From positions 96,001 through 160,000 of the forward strand of contig CAWFJP010000030.1 in NCBI GenBank assembly GCA_963816145.1: a DNA stretch of 64,000 nt, read 5' to 3'. The notes beneath the pieces were generated by a model. The model worked only from the letters and a program-made list of their open reading frames with translations, had not been told where the DNA came from and ran no database searches. The DNA is from an uncultured delta proteobacterium (GTDB lineage Bacteria > Desulfobacterota > Binatia > UBA9968). Position numbers and translations under genes: made by a program. This document shows positions 32,530-43,200 of the stretch, piece by piece (the stretch's first letter is position 1; the number at the start of each line of letters is the position of its first letter).

Positions 32530-32880
32530 ATGAAATATTTATTTTGGCTGACGCCCGCCGTTCTAAGTTGCACCTTAATATTGCCGGGTTGCGACAAAGG
32601 TCAAAATGATCGCGCGCCGTCATCGGAAAGCGCACCGGGCGCTAACGCGATGAAGATGTCGGATGCCGACTTGGAAAGCGCGATTCGCGCCAAATTAGAA
32701 AGCGATGACGCCATCAAACAGGCGAATTTATCGGTGAGCGTCGACGCCGACGCGAATAAGGCAACTTTATCAGGCAAGCTAGACTCCCAAGAACTCAGGA
32801 CTAAAGCGATTGAGCTCGCCAAGAGCGCGCAGCCGACTTTAACTATCGAAGACAAGATCGATGTTAAGCCGGCCGCTTAA
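32530..32880 (+). CDS. BON domain lipoprotein
   Basis: LPGC lipobox; SDADLESAIRAKL and ATLSGKL. Confidence 0.85.
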   Translation: MKYLFWLTPAVLSCTLILPGCDKGQNDRAPSSESAPGANAMKMSDADLESAIRAKLESDDAIKQANLSVSVDADANKATLSGKLDSQELRTKAIELAKSAQPTLTIEDKIDVKPAA

Positions 32881-32907
32881 GTTGGTCCGAGTAGAGAGCT
32901 TCACAGA

Positions 32908-34020
32908 ATGGCAGCTGCCAAGACAATTCAACTACCAGGGGCAGGAAAGAATATGCAACATATCGCTTCAATCTCTGTCAATGGATTTTCTTGCGCCAGG
33001 GATCTCGCGGCGCCACTTTGTGGGCTCGTGCTAGCCGGCGGCGAGGGACGGCGACTCAAGTCTTACATAAAGCGCTTGCGCGGTGACTCGTTGCCCAAAC
33101 AGTATGTGAAGTTCACCGGCGCTCATTCCATGCTTGAACACACCTACCGTCGAGCTGAAAAACTGATTCCCAGGGAGCGACTATTTACAGTCGTCAACCA
33201 GGCCCATATGAAGCACCAAGCTGTGGTCGATCAGCTCGGTGGGCGGGAGCCGGGCACAGTCATTGTGCAACCGGAAAATCGCGAGACCGGTCCAGGCTTG
33301 CTGCTGCCGTTGATGCACATCTACAAACGCTACGCGAACGCGATTGTCGCCGTGTTTCCGTCCGATCAGTTTATCTGGGAAGAAGACCATTTGATGAGAC
33401 ATGTTCGCCTTGCGCACGCGATCGTCAAGCGTGTTCCGTCCAAGCTCGTTTTACTTGGCATCAAGCCCGATTATGAAGAGTCCGAGTACGGTTACATCGT
33501 GCCCGACTTCGACGCGGCTGCCAACGGTTGGGGGATCTGCACTGTGACAGATTTCGTCGAAAAGCCGGATGTCATACGCGCTCACAGGCTCACTGCGCGA
33601 GGTGCTTTGTGGAACACGATGATGATGGTTTTCAAAGCGAGCGAATTGCTCCAATGGGTGGAGGAACTACGGCCGGAGATGTATCACCCCTTCAAGCACA
33701 TCTACGCAGCGATCGATACGGCATTGGAGAAAGCCATGGTTCGGGAAATCTACGATGGTCTCGAAAGCGTTAACTTCTCGAAGCAGCTGCTCGAACCAAT
33801 GGCGCGACAACATCCGGACCGGCTGGCAGTTCTCCCCGTAAGTAATGTTACTTGGAGCGATTGGGGTAGCGAGTCGCGGATTGTCAAAACCCTAAGGCGA
33901 ATTGGACGTGTGCCGCAGACCCTTGTTGATGCGCCCACGAATGCCAATGAAACCGCCCGGCCGGGTCTGCGACCGCTGCCGTGGCCTGATTTGATATTGC
34001 AATCACGGCCGGGTCGCTAA
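32908..34020 (+). CDS. Sugar-phosphate nucleotidyltransferase (mannose-1-phosphate guanylyltransferase-like)
   Basis: LAGGEGRRL, PKQY, FPSDQ, YGYI, FVEKP and WSDWG motifs. Confidence 0.85.
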   Translation: MAAAKTIQLPGAGKNMQHIASISVNGFSCARDLAAPLCGLVLAGGEGRRLKSYIKRLRGDSLPKQYVKFTGAHSMLEHTYRRAEKLIPRERLFTVVNQAHMKHQAVVDQLGGREPGTVIVQPENRETGPGLLLPLMHIYKRYANAIVAVFPSDQFIWEEDHLMRHVRLAHAIVKRVPSKLVLLGIKPDYEESEYGYIVPDFDAAANGWGICTVTDFVEKPDVIRAHRLTARGALWNTMMMVFKASELLQWVEELRPEMYHPFKHIYAAIDTALEKAMVREIYDGLESVNFSKQLLEPMARQHPDRLAVLPVSNVTWSDWGSESRIVKTLRRIGRVPQTLVDAPTNANETARPGLRPLPWPDLILQSRPGR

Positions 34021-34046
34021 CGATTCAGCCGCGAGCTGGAGCTCAC

Positions 34047-34109
34047 ACTATAGGCACGATTCTAATCATCATACTAATTCTGCTGCTTGTCGGCGCATTG
34101 CCCTCATCG
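34047..34109 (+). pseudogene. DUF3309-like small membrane protein remnant
   Basis: TIGTILIIILILLLVGALP with no start codon; similarity stops at a hairpin. Confidence 0.5.
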
Positions 34110-34292
34110 CCAAACGGCAGATGGACCGTTTGGGGGATGACTACAAGCACGAAAGAATCTCACGCCGAGAGTATGAAACCCACAGAAGTCAGATCGAAAG
34201 CGGGTCAATATTCTATTAAAAACCTTGAACCCAATAATGCCGCCTAACGGTCCCATCGGCCGTTAGCAGCGCCCGCTGAGGAGGAACTCGCT

Positions 34293-34616
34293 ATGAAACG
34301 ATCGGCTCTTACACCCATTATAGGTTCGTTTGCTTTAGCTCTGCTGTTGTCCGTGACTGGCTGCACGTCCATGACCGGTGAAACGGCGGGACAATATGTC
34401 GACGATTCGACGATCACTACTTCCGTGAAAGCCAAGCTGGTAGCGGACAAGGTGGTGAACGTTACCCGGATCGATGTCGACACGACGAATCGTGTGGTCT
34501 CACTCAATGGCGTGGTCGAGTCGCCTGAACAGAAGACACGCGCTGAGCAACTGGCCATGCAAGTGGGCGGCGTGCGCCGAGTGGATAATAATTTGCAAAT
34601 CCAACGGCGCAACTAA
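34293..34616 (+). CDS. BON domain (OsmY-like) lipoprotein
   Basis: VTGC lipobox, DDSTITTSVKAKL and GGVRRVDNNL. Confidence 0.9.
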   Translation: MKRSALTPIIGSFALALLLSVTGCTSMTGETAGQYVDDSTITTSVKAKLVADKVVNVTRIDVDTTNRVVSLNGVVESPEQKTRAEQLAMQVGGVRRVDNNLQIQRRN

Positions 34617-34669
34617 CACTGCTCCCGGGCAAATCGACGGTAAATAGGCTTTAAAGGAGAACACCGTAC

Positions 34670-34942
34670 ATGCACGCAGCTGGAAATTATCGATTCCCAC
34701 TTTTGATCGTCGGCGTCGGCCTGGCCATATTGGTAGGGTTTATGTGGTCGCCCCGAGCCGGGAAAGAGCTGCGCGAAGAACTACGGCGCGACAGGGATGA
34801 AGGCGTAAACTTCATGAGCGGCAAACGAGAAAAAGTCCGGGTCGGCGCCGATCGTTGGTTCGCCAAGATTAGCGAATATTTTGGCGGCGCCAAGGCCCGA
34901 CTCCGTGGCCACCTTGGCGAGCAGGCAGATCGGGCAGAATAA
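34670..34942 (+). CDS. YtxH-like general stress protein
   Basis: TM segment followed by SPRAGKELREEL. Confidence 0.6.
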   Translation: MHAAGNYRFPLLIVGVGLAILVGFMWSPRAGKELREELRRDRDEGVNFMSGKREKVRVGADRWFAKISEYFGGAKARLRGHLGEQADRAE

Positions 34943-35002
34943 CACGATAAAAGGCCACGGCATAGGCGGCGTATCTCCAGGTTTCAAACATGCCATTGGA
35001 CG

Positions 35003-35158
35003 ATGCACATGTTAATGGCGATCTTCTTTCTTATCTTGCTAATTTGGTTGGCAGGCGTGCTTACCGGGTACACACTGGGTGGTTTGCTTCACCTCCTCCT
35101 ACTGCAGGCATTGATTGTTCTCTACCTCAGATATCTCGAAGCACACACGCGATCATAA
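35003..35158 (+). CDS. lmo0937/DUF5670 family small membrane protein, 51 aa
   Basis: ILLIWLAGVLTGYTLGGLLHLLL. Missed by the ORF track. Confidence 0.75.
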   Translation: MHMLMAIFFLILLIWLAGVLTGYTLGGLLHLLLLQALIVLYLRYLEAHTRS

Positions 35159-35178
35159 AATGACCCTGGGAGCAAAAT

Positions 35179-35397
35179 ATGAAACCACTCATCCTCGCCG
35201 GTATCGCCTTGATTCTGCTCGGTATCTTAGCGCTGTCCTATAACCGTATATCCTACACCAGCAAAGAAAAAATCCTCGATATTGGTCCAGTCGAGGCGAC
35301 TGCCGAAAAAGAAAAGTCGATACCACTGCCGCCCTTGCTCGGCGGACTAGTTTTAGTTGCAGGAATCGGCCTGGTTGCGGCGGCTTACAAGAAATAG
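35179..35397 (+). CDS. Small two-TM protein (DUF3185-like)
   Basis: TM - ISYTSKEKILDIGPVE - IPLPP - TM. Confidence 0.7.
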   Translation: MKPLILAGIALILLGILALSYNRISYTSKEKILDIGPVEATAEKEKSIPLPPLLGGLVLVAGIGLVAAAYKK

Positions 35398-35443
35398 TCG
35401 AAAATGTTCCATCCAATTTCCCACCAAGAATAAGGAATAAGTT

Positions 35444-36064
35444 ATGTACAAAGCCAAACAATATAATCTAAGCGGCCTCAAAGGGATCTCGGATCAGACA
35501 CTGGAGATGCATTTCAAACTTTACCAAGGCTATGTCAACGAGACCAACAACCTTCACGAAAAGATCGCCCAAATCCTGCGGGATGGCAAGGTCGATCAAG
35601 AAGAAATGCCCGCCTATTCGGAACTCAAACGACGCCTTGGTTTTGAATATAACGGCATGGTGTTGCACGAGTACTACTTCGGCAATTTGAAGAAAGGCGG
35701 AGGCGGAGGACCTGATTCACAATCCTCGTTTATTAAAGCCGCCACCGTTAGTTTCGGTAGCTATAATCTTTGGCAGGCGGATTTCACCGGCGTCAGCAAA
35801 ATGCGCGGCGTCGGATGGGCGATTTGTTATCAGGATCCGACTACGGATCAGTTGTCGAATCACTGGGTCTCCCTGCACGAGATCGGCAATATCGCCGGCT
35901 ATAACCCTGTGCTTGTCATGGACGTTTGGGAGCACGCTTTTCTTCTCGATTATAAACCGGCGGATCGAGCGAAATATATCGAGGCGTTTTTTGCAAACAT
36001 CGATTGGACAATAGTCGACGGGCGACTGCGAAGACCGGCAATTCGGCGCTCTCACGCAGCCTAG
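35444..36064 (+). CDS. Fe/Mn superoxide dismutase family protein
   Basis: Metal ligands in EMHFKLY, VLHEYYF and DVWEHAF. Confidence 0.88.
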   Translation: MYKAKQYNLSGLKGISDQTLEMHFKLYQGYVNETNNLHEKIAQILRDGKVDQEEMPAYSELKRRLGFEYNGMVLHEYYFGNLKKGGGGGPDSQSSFIKAATVSFGSYNLWQADFTGVSKMRGVGWAICYQDPTTDQLSNHWVSLHEIGNIAGYNPVLVMDVWEHAFLLDYKPADRAKYIEAFFANIDWTIVDGRLRRPAIRRSHAA

Positions 36065-36193
36065 CACAGTGCATATTTTGAAACGCATCCCCGATGGTCG
36101 AGTCGCGGCGGCGACTTATGTTCCTGTCCGGCTCCATACGAACGCAAGTGTCCGATAGGGGATCGCAATGCGATCCGGAAAGCGTAACCCCCT

Positions 36194-36439
36194 ATGACTT
36201 ACGCTAACTCGTTAAGAACCATGGGCCAGTTGCTAGAGTCCGCGAACATTGTCGCTTTCGAGGTAAAAAAAACCGGCCAATACTATATTGTCCAAAGCGA
36301 TTCGTTGACGCGCACGGGCAAATGGATGTTGCGAAACGCCCTTAGCGGGGCCGATGTTTCAGTACCAAACGGCCGCCGATCGGCCGCTGAGCGCTCCTTG
36401 TGTTTCACGCAACCGGATATTTCACGGCTTGACGCCTAG
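36194..36439 (+). pseudogene. Truncated hypothetical protein
   Basis: YANSLRTMGQLLE start and a premature-looking TAG followed by GKRRRR. Confidence 0.35.
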
Positions 36440-36623
36440 GGGAAAAGACGAAGGCGAGAACATTCGTCCGCGCACTGATGACGGGTGGAATCACGATGGC
36501 TTTGATGCCCCGCTCGCGGCAGGAATCCTTTGTGCTGTCATCGCCTATGACCGCTGGCGCCTCACGCCACAGCGCGAATAGATCTTGCCCTTTATGGCCA
36601 ACGATCAACGGCTTGCGCACTGA

Positions 36624-38072
36624 TCACTCGGATTTCTTGTAATCGGCTACTTTAATTTCGTGTTTTTTTAACAAATCATAGAAATCCGCCCGATATTTCC
36701 CGGCAATCTCAGCAGCTTTCGACGCTTTACCACTGCAAATCTCCAGCAGCTGAATGAGATATGCTTTTTCAAATTCTGCCCTGGCTTCTTTTAACGACTT
36801 GAGAGCTTCCGGCGTGGGTAACAGATCGGCCTGCGGCAGACCCACTACGGGCGTTGGAACCGCCGGCACTTCTTTCTGTACGACTAGATCGTCGGTAATA
36901 ACATCCTGCTGCGTCATGGTCACGGCATACTCCAAGGTATTCTCCAATTCGCGCACGTTGCCTGGCCAGTCATGCTGCATCAGCTTTTGCATCGCCTTAG
37001 GAGTCAGGCCGGTGACGTTCTTCTTCGTTTGTTGGCAAATCTTTTTCAGCAGATGATCGACGAGATGGGGAATGTCTTCCGCGCGATCTTTTAGCGGCGG
37101 CAGAATCAGGGGAATGACATGAATGCGATAGAAGAGATCTTCACGAAATGTCCCCTTCTTCACTTCCTCGACCAAGTCTTTCTTCGTCGCGACTACCACC
37201 CGAACATCGACTTGAACCGGTTTATCGCTCCCGACGGGATAAAATTCACGTTCTTCCAATGCCCTCAAGAGCTTCACCTGGATGGTGATCGGCATGTCGC
37301 CGATCTCATCGAGAAAAAGCGTGCCTTCATGAGCCTGGGTAAATAACCCCTTGGTGCTGCGCACAGCTCCTGTAAACGCGCCTTTCTCATGTCCGAAAAG
37401 TTCACTTTCGAGCAAGGTTTCCGGGATGGCGGCGCAATTGATCGCGACAAATGGCTTATCCTTGCGTGCGCTCGCAAGGTGGATCGCCTTGGCGATCAGT
37501 TCTTTGCCGGTCCCGCTTTCGCCGTGAATGTAGACCGTGGAGTCGGCATTGGCGATTCGAGTCACCGCCTCGAGCACTCTTTGCATCTTATCGCTCTTGG
37601 CGACGATGTTGGCGAAATCATATTTTTCCTTCAACATGTCTTTGAGCCGGAGGTTTTCGGATGCGAGTTTGCGGCTTTCCAGAGCGCGCTCGATTTGTAA
37701 AAACAGCTCGCGCGGATCAAACGGTTTCGTAAGATAGGTGTAAGCGCCTCGCTTCATCGCCTCGACGGCGCTCTCGATGCTGGCATAACCGGTGAGAATG
37801 ATGACCGGCATCTCCGGATTGACCGAGTGCAAGCGCTCCATCAGCGTCATTCCATCTTGGTCAGCGATACGCAGATCGACGATCGATAGATCGAACTTGC
37901 CCCTCTTGGTCGCGTCGACTGCCGCTTCGGCATCGCCAGCCACCACCACATCGTAATTCGCGCCATTGAGCCGGGCTCTGACTAATTCGAGCAAATTCTG
38001 GTCGTCGTCGACCACCAAAAGTCTTGATGTCGGCATAACGATTCTCTCAATAGCCGTTTTATTTGTATCCAT
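36624..38072 (-). CDS. Sigma-54-dependent response regulator (REC-AAA+-HTH), GlrR/NtrC-like
   Basis: Receiver domain, GESGTGKE, intact GAFTGA, LFLDEIG, FREDLFYR, WPGNVREL and a GlrR-like HTH (RADFYDLLKKH). Confidence 0.93.
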   Translation of the reverse strand: MDTNKTAIERIVMPTSRLLVVDDDQNLLELVRARLNGANYDVVVAGDAEAAVDATKRGKFDLSIVDLRIADQDGMTLMERLHSVNPEMPVIILTGYASIESAVEAMKRGAYTYLTKPFDPRELFLQIERALESRKLASENLRLKDMLKEKYDFANIVAKSDKMQRVLEAVTRIANADSTVYIHGESGTGKELIAKAIHLASARKDKPFVAINCAAIPETLLESELFGHEKGAFTGAVRSTKGLFTQAHEGTLFLDEIGDMPITIQVKLLRALEEREFYPVGSDKPVQVDVRVVVATKKDLVEEVKKGTFREDLFYRIHVIPLILPPLKDRAEDIPHLVDHLLKKICQQTKKNVTGLTPKAMQKLMQHDWPGNVRELENTLEYAVTMTQQDVITDDLVVQKEVPAVPTPVVGLPQADLLPTPEALKSLKEARAEFEKAYLIQLLEICSGKASKAAEIAGKYRADFYDLLKKHEIKVADYKKSE

Positions 38073-38564
38073 ATCCGACCACTAACTCAGCGATAGTGCA
38101 GCGCAAATTTCCGGATTCAATGGTACCGCACCGACATGGAACCGACGGGTGTCAATGTCGCACCTTACTCAGTCAGGAAACCGGCGGCGAGAGGCCGGCA
38201 GGTTAGCTGACAAACTGCGCAATCCTACCCTCGCAACTCTTCGCGTCATCACGGTCTGGCACATAAGACATCAAACGGGGTGCCTCGGTCAACCTGTGAA
38301 GGTCGGCTGTGCACATCGATTCTTTTACACGCGTCATCCAGCCGAGCGCGTCCATCACAATCCGCTTGGGAACCCACCCATGGCAACATTGATTTCTCGG
38401 CTCGCTATAACACCGATCCGTGCGTCAACATGACATCCCATTGACGCAAGCTGGCCAACATCTATTGGGCCAACCCAACTAGTTAGTAAAGAGCTACAAT
38501 ATTATTTACGCCCAAGATACACCCGGTTAAACGGAATGATTCCAACATACTCCACCTGGTCAGT

Positions 38565-38580
38565 ATCAAGCCACGTGCCA
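38565..38580 (-). promoter_or_regulatory. Sigma-54-like promoter TGGCACGTGGCTTGAT (-12 variant)
   Basis: Strong -24 box, GA at -12. Tandem UAS-like sites at 38656-38674 and 38675-38693; points towards the bEBP gene. Confidence 0.5.
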
Positions 38581-39029
38581 CCATGTCCACACGATCTAAA
38601 GCGTGATATTTGCTGAAATTCTCGGTAACAACCCGTGACCCCGCCAATTCCGAATTGAAGGGTTTTTGCTAAGATGAAGGATTTTCTCTAACATTAGCTG
38701 AGGCAACGACCTACCGTTCGTGGTTTATGCAGGGGGAACGAAACAAATTTCCGTCGTAGCCCGCACTGGCCTTTGAATTGCCTTCGTAAGTGATGACAAG
38801 AAACGAAAATGTACTTGGCGAGTTAGATCTGGCTTCAAAAAAAGATGTTGGGTAACGTCGTTTCATAGTGATCGATCGCACAGGGAGATGTTGAGACTTA
38901 AACCCAGAGTGATTAAAGGACAATGACCGTCGGATAGGTTACGGCCAGATTCAATACGAGTGGCAGGAGATTTTCACAACGTTTACACCGTTTTTCAATA
39001 TCGGCATCGCCGATGTCATCGACATTATC

Positions 39030-40160
39030 GTGGTGGCGGTTCTGCTCTACACAGCGATTGCGTTTCTTAAGCAGACCCGGGCAGCATTCATCATTCGCGG
39101 CATTTTTATTCTAGCCGCGATTTATATTCTCGCACGTTATCTCGATCTGCAGCTTACGGCGTGGCTCTTTCAAGGTTTCTTCGCTATTTTTCTGATCATC
39201 ATAGTGGTTATTTTCCAGGAGGAACTTAGACAGATATTCGAACGGATTGCGGTTTGGAGTCTCGCGCCATCCGGTGCCCCTTCACTGCGTTCGGATGCCG
39301 CTGACATCCTAATCGGCACGATCGCGGACCTGGCCAAGGACAAGATCGGCGCGTTGATCATCGTCGAAGGCAAAGATCCCATCGCCCGTCACATTACTGG
39401 CGGAATCGAATTGGAGGGAAAGATCAGCGAGCCTCTGTTAAAAAGCATTTTTGATCCCCATTCGCCGGGTCACGACGGCGCTGTCATCATCAAGAACGAT
39501 CAGATCGCCCGCTTCGCCGCTCACCTGCCGTTGTCAAAGGATTTCCGCCAACTAGCTCGTGTTGGCACCCGTCACGGTGCCGCCCTTGGCCTGGCCGAAC
39601 TAAGCGATGCTCTGTGCATCGCTGTTTCCGAAGAGCGTGGCAAGATTTCCCTGGCCCGCGATGGACAGCTGCGTCAAGTTGAAAATATGCAAGAGTTGGG
39701 TTCGTTGTTGCAGCGATTCTTACGCGAGAAATACCCGGCGTCGGAGCATCGCGGATTCTCATTTTCGCTAGTACGACAGAACTGGCCGGCAAAACTGGTG
39801 ACGTTCTCGCTTGCAGTCGGGCTTTGGTATGTGTTGGTACCCGGCTCGAGCACCATTGAAGTAACCTACAAACTTCCGGTGCAATTAGAAAATCTGCCGG
39901 CGGATATGCGTGTCCAAGAAGTCCAGCCTCGAGAAATAAAAGCAACATTTATCGGGCCGAAGCGAACCTTTTATTTTTTCGATCCCTCCAAACTCAAGGT
40001 CACGGTCGACCTATCATCCGCGTCAATCGGCCAAAAAACCCTACGACTTTCTGAGCAAAACATCCGCCATCCGCAAAATCTCACGCTACAACAGCTAAAC
40101 CCGGCGATGTTACGAATCTCGATAGCGCAGTCGCCGCGCAAAGAAAGTGACAGCGGTTAA
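39030..40160 (+). CDS. cdaA: Diadenylate cyclase CdaA fused to a TM helix and YbbR-like domain
   Basis: Three TM helices, VIFQEELR, PGHDGA, GTRHGAALG and VSEERG, then a C-terminal YbbR-like region. The true start may lie about 60 bp upstream. Confidence 0.87.
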   Translation: MVAVLLYTAIAFLKQTRAAFIIRGIFILAAIYILARYLDLQLTAWLFQGFFAIFLIIIVVIFQEELRQIFERIAVWSLAPSGAPSLRSDAADILIGTIADLAKDKIGALIIVEGKDPIARHITGGIELEGKISEPLLKSIFDPHSPGHDGAVIIKNDQIARFAAHLPLSKDFRQLARVGTRHGAALGLAELSDALCIAVSEERGKISLARDGQLRQVENMQELGSLLQRFLREKYPASEHRGFSFSLVRQNWPAKLVTFSLAVGLWYVLVPGSSTIEVTYKLPVQLENLPADMRVQEVQPREIKATFIGPKRTFYFFDPSKLKVTVDLSSASIGQKTLRLSEQNIRHPQNLTLQQLNPAMLRISIAQSPRKESDSG

Positions 40161-40214
40161 GCAAGCCATTTGTGAGAGCCAACGGGAACCCACTAAATGC
40201 CGCGCGGCGCGATC

Positions 40215-43200
40215 TCAGAGTGGCGCTTGTAAAATGTCGAGCATGCCCCGAATCGGTGCGTCTACCCAATCCGGTCGACTATTGAGCTCATAGGTCAACT
40301 CGTAAATCGCCTTTTGCAGGGTACATAGGTCGAGCAATATCTTGACCTCGTCGTTAGAGGCCGGCAGGAAGCCGCCGCAATTCGCGGACTTCAGATAGCT
40401 GTCGAGAAAACTTGTCGATACCCAATGAACCCAGAATTGTGCCCATGCCACCAAGCCAGGCCGGTCCTCTGGACGGTATTCGCCGGTTTTTAGAGCAAAG
40501 ATCGCCGCGTAATCGATCGACCGCAGCATTGCCGCGACGTCCACCAATGCCGAGCGTTTGGCGCGCCGCTCGGCAAGCGGCCGCGCCGGCTCTCCCTCGA
40601 AATCGATGATGACGAAATCTTTACCGGTATAAAGCAATTGGCCCAGGTGGTAATCGCCATGGCAACGGATCCGCATGGCCGTGATTTTTCTGTCCACCGC
40701 ATCGCGAAAACGCTCGATAATCGTATTTTTCAATGGCAAAAGCATGAGCGCCCCTGCGCGCGTTTCTTCGGGCAGACTCGTTAAGCGCTCGCCGAGCAGT
40801 GTCAAAGCGCGATCTGTTGCGGCGCGCAAACTTTGATAAAGTGACCGTCGATAGAAGTGGGTAAAGGGCTCAGGGGCAAAATCGGGATCTTGGTGGTCCG
40901 ATGCGAGCGCTATGTGTAGCTCGCCGGTGCGCTGACCTAAGAGACTTGCCGATGCGAGAAACGGGCCGATCATTTCTCGGGCCAGGGGGGGGACTTCTTG
41001 GCTCCGATTATCCAATACAGGGGCGCTCGCCCAGCTCAGTTCGTCGGGCTTGGCGCTGCTCGCTACGCAAACTTCAAAATAATCAGTGAGATGGTCGAGC
41101 GTGTAGTTCCACGCGTCACCTTCGTTGCTCACCCAGGCTTGCAAGATCCCGACGGTAGCGATTCCATTAGAGTTTTTGCGAAATTCCAGACTTCCAGCCA
41201 GAGGAGGAGTGTTCCGATAAGCGGTTCGTTCCGTGATGAAGCGCCCGATTTCGAGATCGGGATTGACCCCTTGGTACAATCGGCGAAAGATTTTCAAGAT
41301 AAAGCGCTCGCCATATCTGATCGAAGTGTTGCTCTGCTCCTTGTTCGTCAGTGCGGGTTCCAATTTCGAATCCGATCGCTCCTTGAGACTACGAAAGCAT
41401 TTCGACGGAACGGCCAGGATCTCCGACGACTGACCTCGGAAAGTGCGACGCCGAGACACCGCGTCGAGCAGCGCGTCGGCAAAGCGGCGGTCAAATGCGG
41501 CATCGTAAACTATTCCGTCGCCACCCGCCCCTGCCGCCGTCGCCTTGATTTGTGCGACGACTGCCTCGCTATGAAACTGGCACAGTTCAGCGGCCCGTTC
41601 ACCGGCGGCGAATGCCATCGGCACGAGATAAGTTTCCGGATCGCCGTCACTATAATTAAGTTCGACGGCGACAAAATAGGCCCGGGTGGAATCGAGCGGC
41701 ACGGCGATCGCTTCGACGATCTTGGCGGCGCGAATCTTTCGCGCCTTGCCGCCAAACCAGCGCCGGTTGTACAGATAGCGCGGCAAGATTTTTTCCAGCG
41801 CGGGAGTGGCGTTACCGTTGATGAGTTGATCCCAGACACCGGCGATTTCAATGACCGGCGCCTGCCCGTCCAGTAAAGTCCCGGCAGCACCCCGCGGGGT
41901 TTCCAGCTTGAACCAGTAAAAACCATGTGGACCCAGGGTGATGAAATAGGGCAGATCGCCGATCGGCGGAAACTCGGTTTGGCCGAAAAGCTCGACTGGA
42001 ACTTTCCCCTTAAAAGGCGAAAAATCGAGCTCCACGCACTGCACGAAACGAGACAAATTCGCCACCGTTAAAATAACCTCACTCTCCAGGCGGCGGATAA
42101 AAACCAGGACCCGGCGATTGTTGGGATTGAGAAATTCCGTCGTACCTCTACCGAAGGCGTGAAAGCGTTTACGCAATGTGATCAAACGTTTGGTCCACCA
42201 TAGGATCGAACTCAAGTTTTGCTGTTGCGCCTCGACGTTGACTGCCTCGTAATGGTTTTCCGGATCGATAATGATCGGCAGGAAAAGCCGTTGTGGATTC
42301 GCTTGCGAAAAGCCTGCGTTTCGGTCGGTGCTCCATTGCATGGGCGTGCGCACACCGTTGCGATCGCCAAGATAGATGTTGTCGCCCATGCCAATTTCGT
42401 CGCCGTAGTAGAGCACCGGGGTGCCGGCAAGAGAGAAAAGCAGCGCATTGAGCAGCTCGATTTTGCGCCGATTGTTGCCCAGCAGCGGCGCCAAGCGGCG
42501 GCGAATGCCGAGATTGAGCCGCGCCTTGGGATCGGTAGCGTAGACTTTGTACATATAGTCGCGGTCTTCATCGGTCACCATTTCGAGGGTGAGCTCGTCA
42601 TGGTTGCGCAAAAATAGCGTCCATTGGCAGTTGTCCGGAATCGCCGGCGTTTGATCGAGGATATCGACAATCGGAAAACGGTCCTCCATATGCAAAGCCA
42701 TAAAAATCCGCGGCATCACAGGAAAGTGAAATGCCATGTGGCATTCGTCACCGTCGCCGAAATAAGTGACGGCCTCTTCGGGCCACTGGTTCGCTTCAGC
42801 GAGCAGCATGCGATCGCGAAATGTTCGATCAACATGCCGGCGCAGTTCTTTTAAAAACAGGTGGGTCTCCGGTAGATTTTCACAGGTCGTGCCTTCGCGC
42901 TCGAATAAATACGGCACTGCGTCCAGCCGCAAACCGTCGACGCCCAATCCCAGCCAGAAATCGACGACATCGAAAAGCGCCTGTTTAAGCTCGGGATTAG
43001 CGAAATTTAAATCCGGCTGGTGGGTGTAAAAGCGATGCCAGTAATAAGCCTTGGCCACCGGATCCCAAGCCCAGTTGGACGTTTCGAAGTCCTTAAAAAT
43101 GATGCGCGCTTCCTGGTATTTGTCCTGGGTATCGCTCCAGACATAGAATTCACGCTCTTTGCTGCCCGGGGCGGCGCGCCGGGAACGCTGAAACCAAGGG

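Noticed and set aside
38200-38229. GGTAGG...GTCAGCTAACCT on the minus strand resembles the 3' part of the c-di-AMP (ydaO) riboswitch, upstream of the activator gene
   Set aside because: The upstream GGGGAACC and GGGTGAAT elements and the intervening hairpin are not visible. An Infernal search with the ydaO-yuaA model would settle it.
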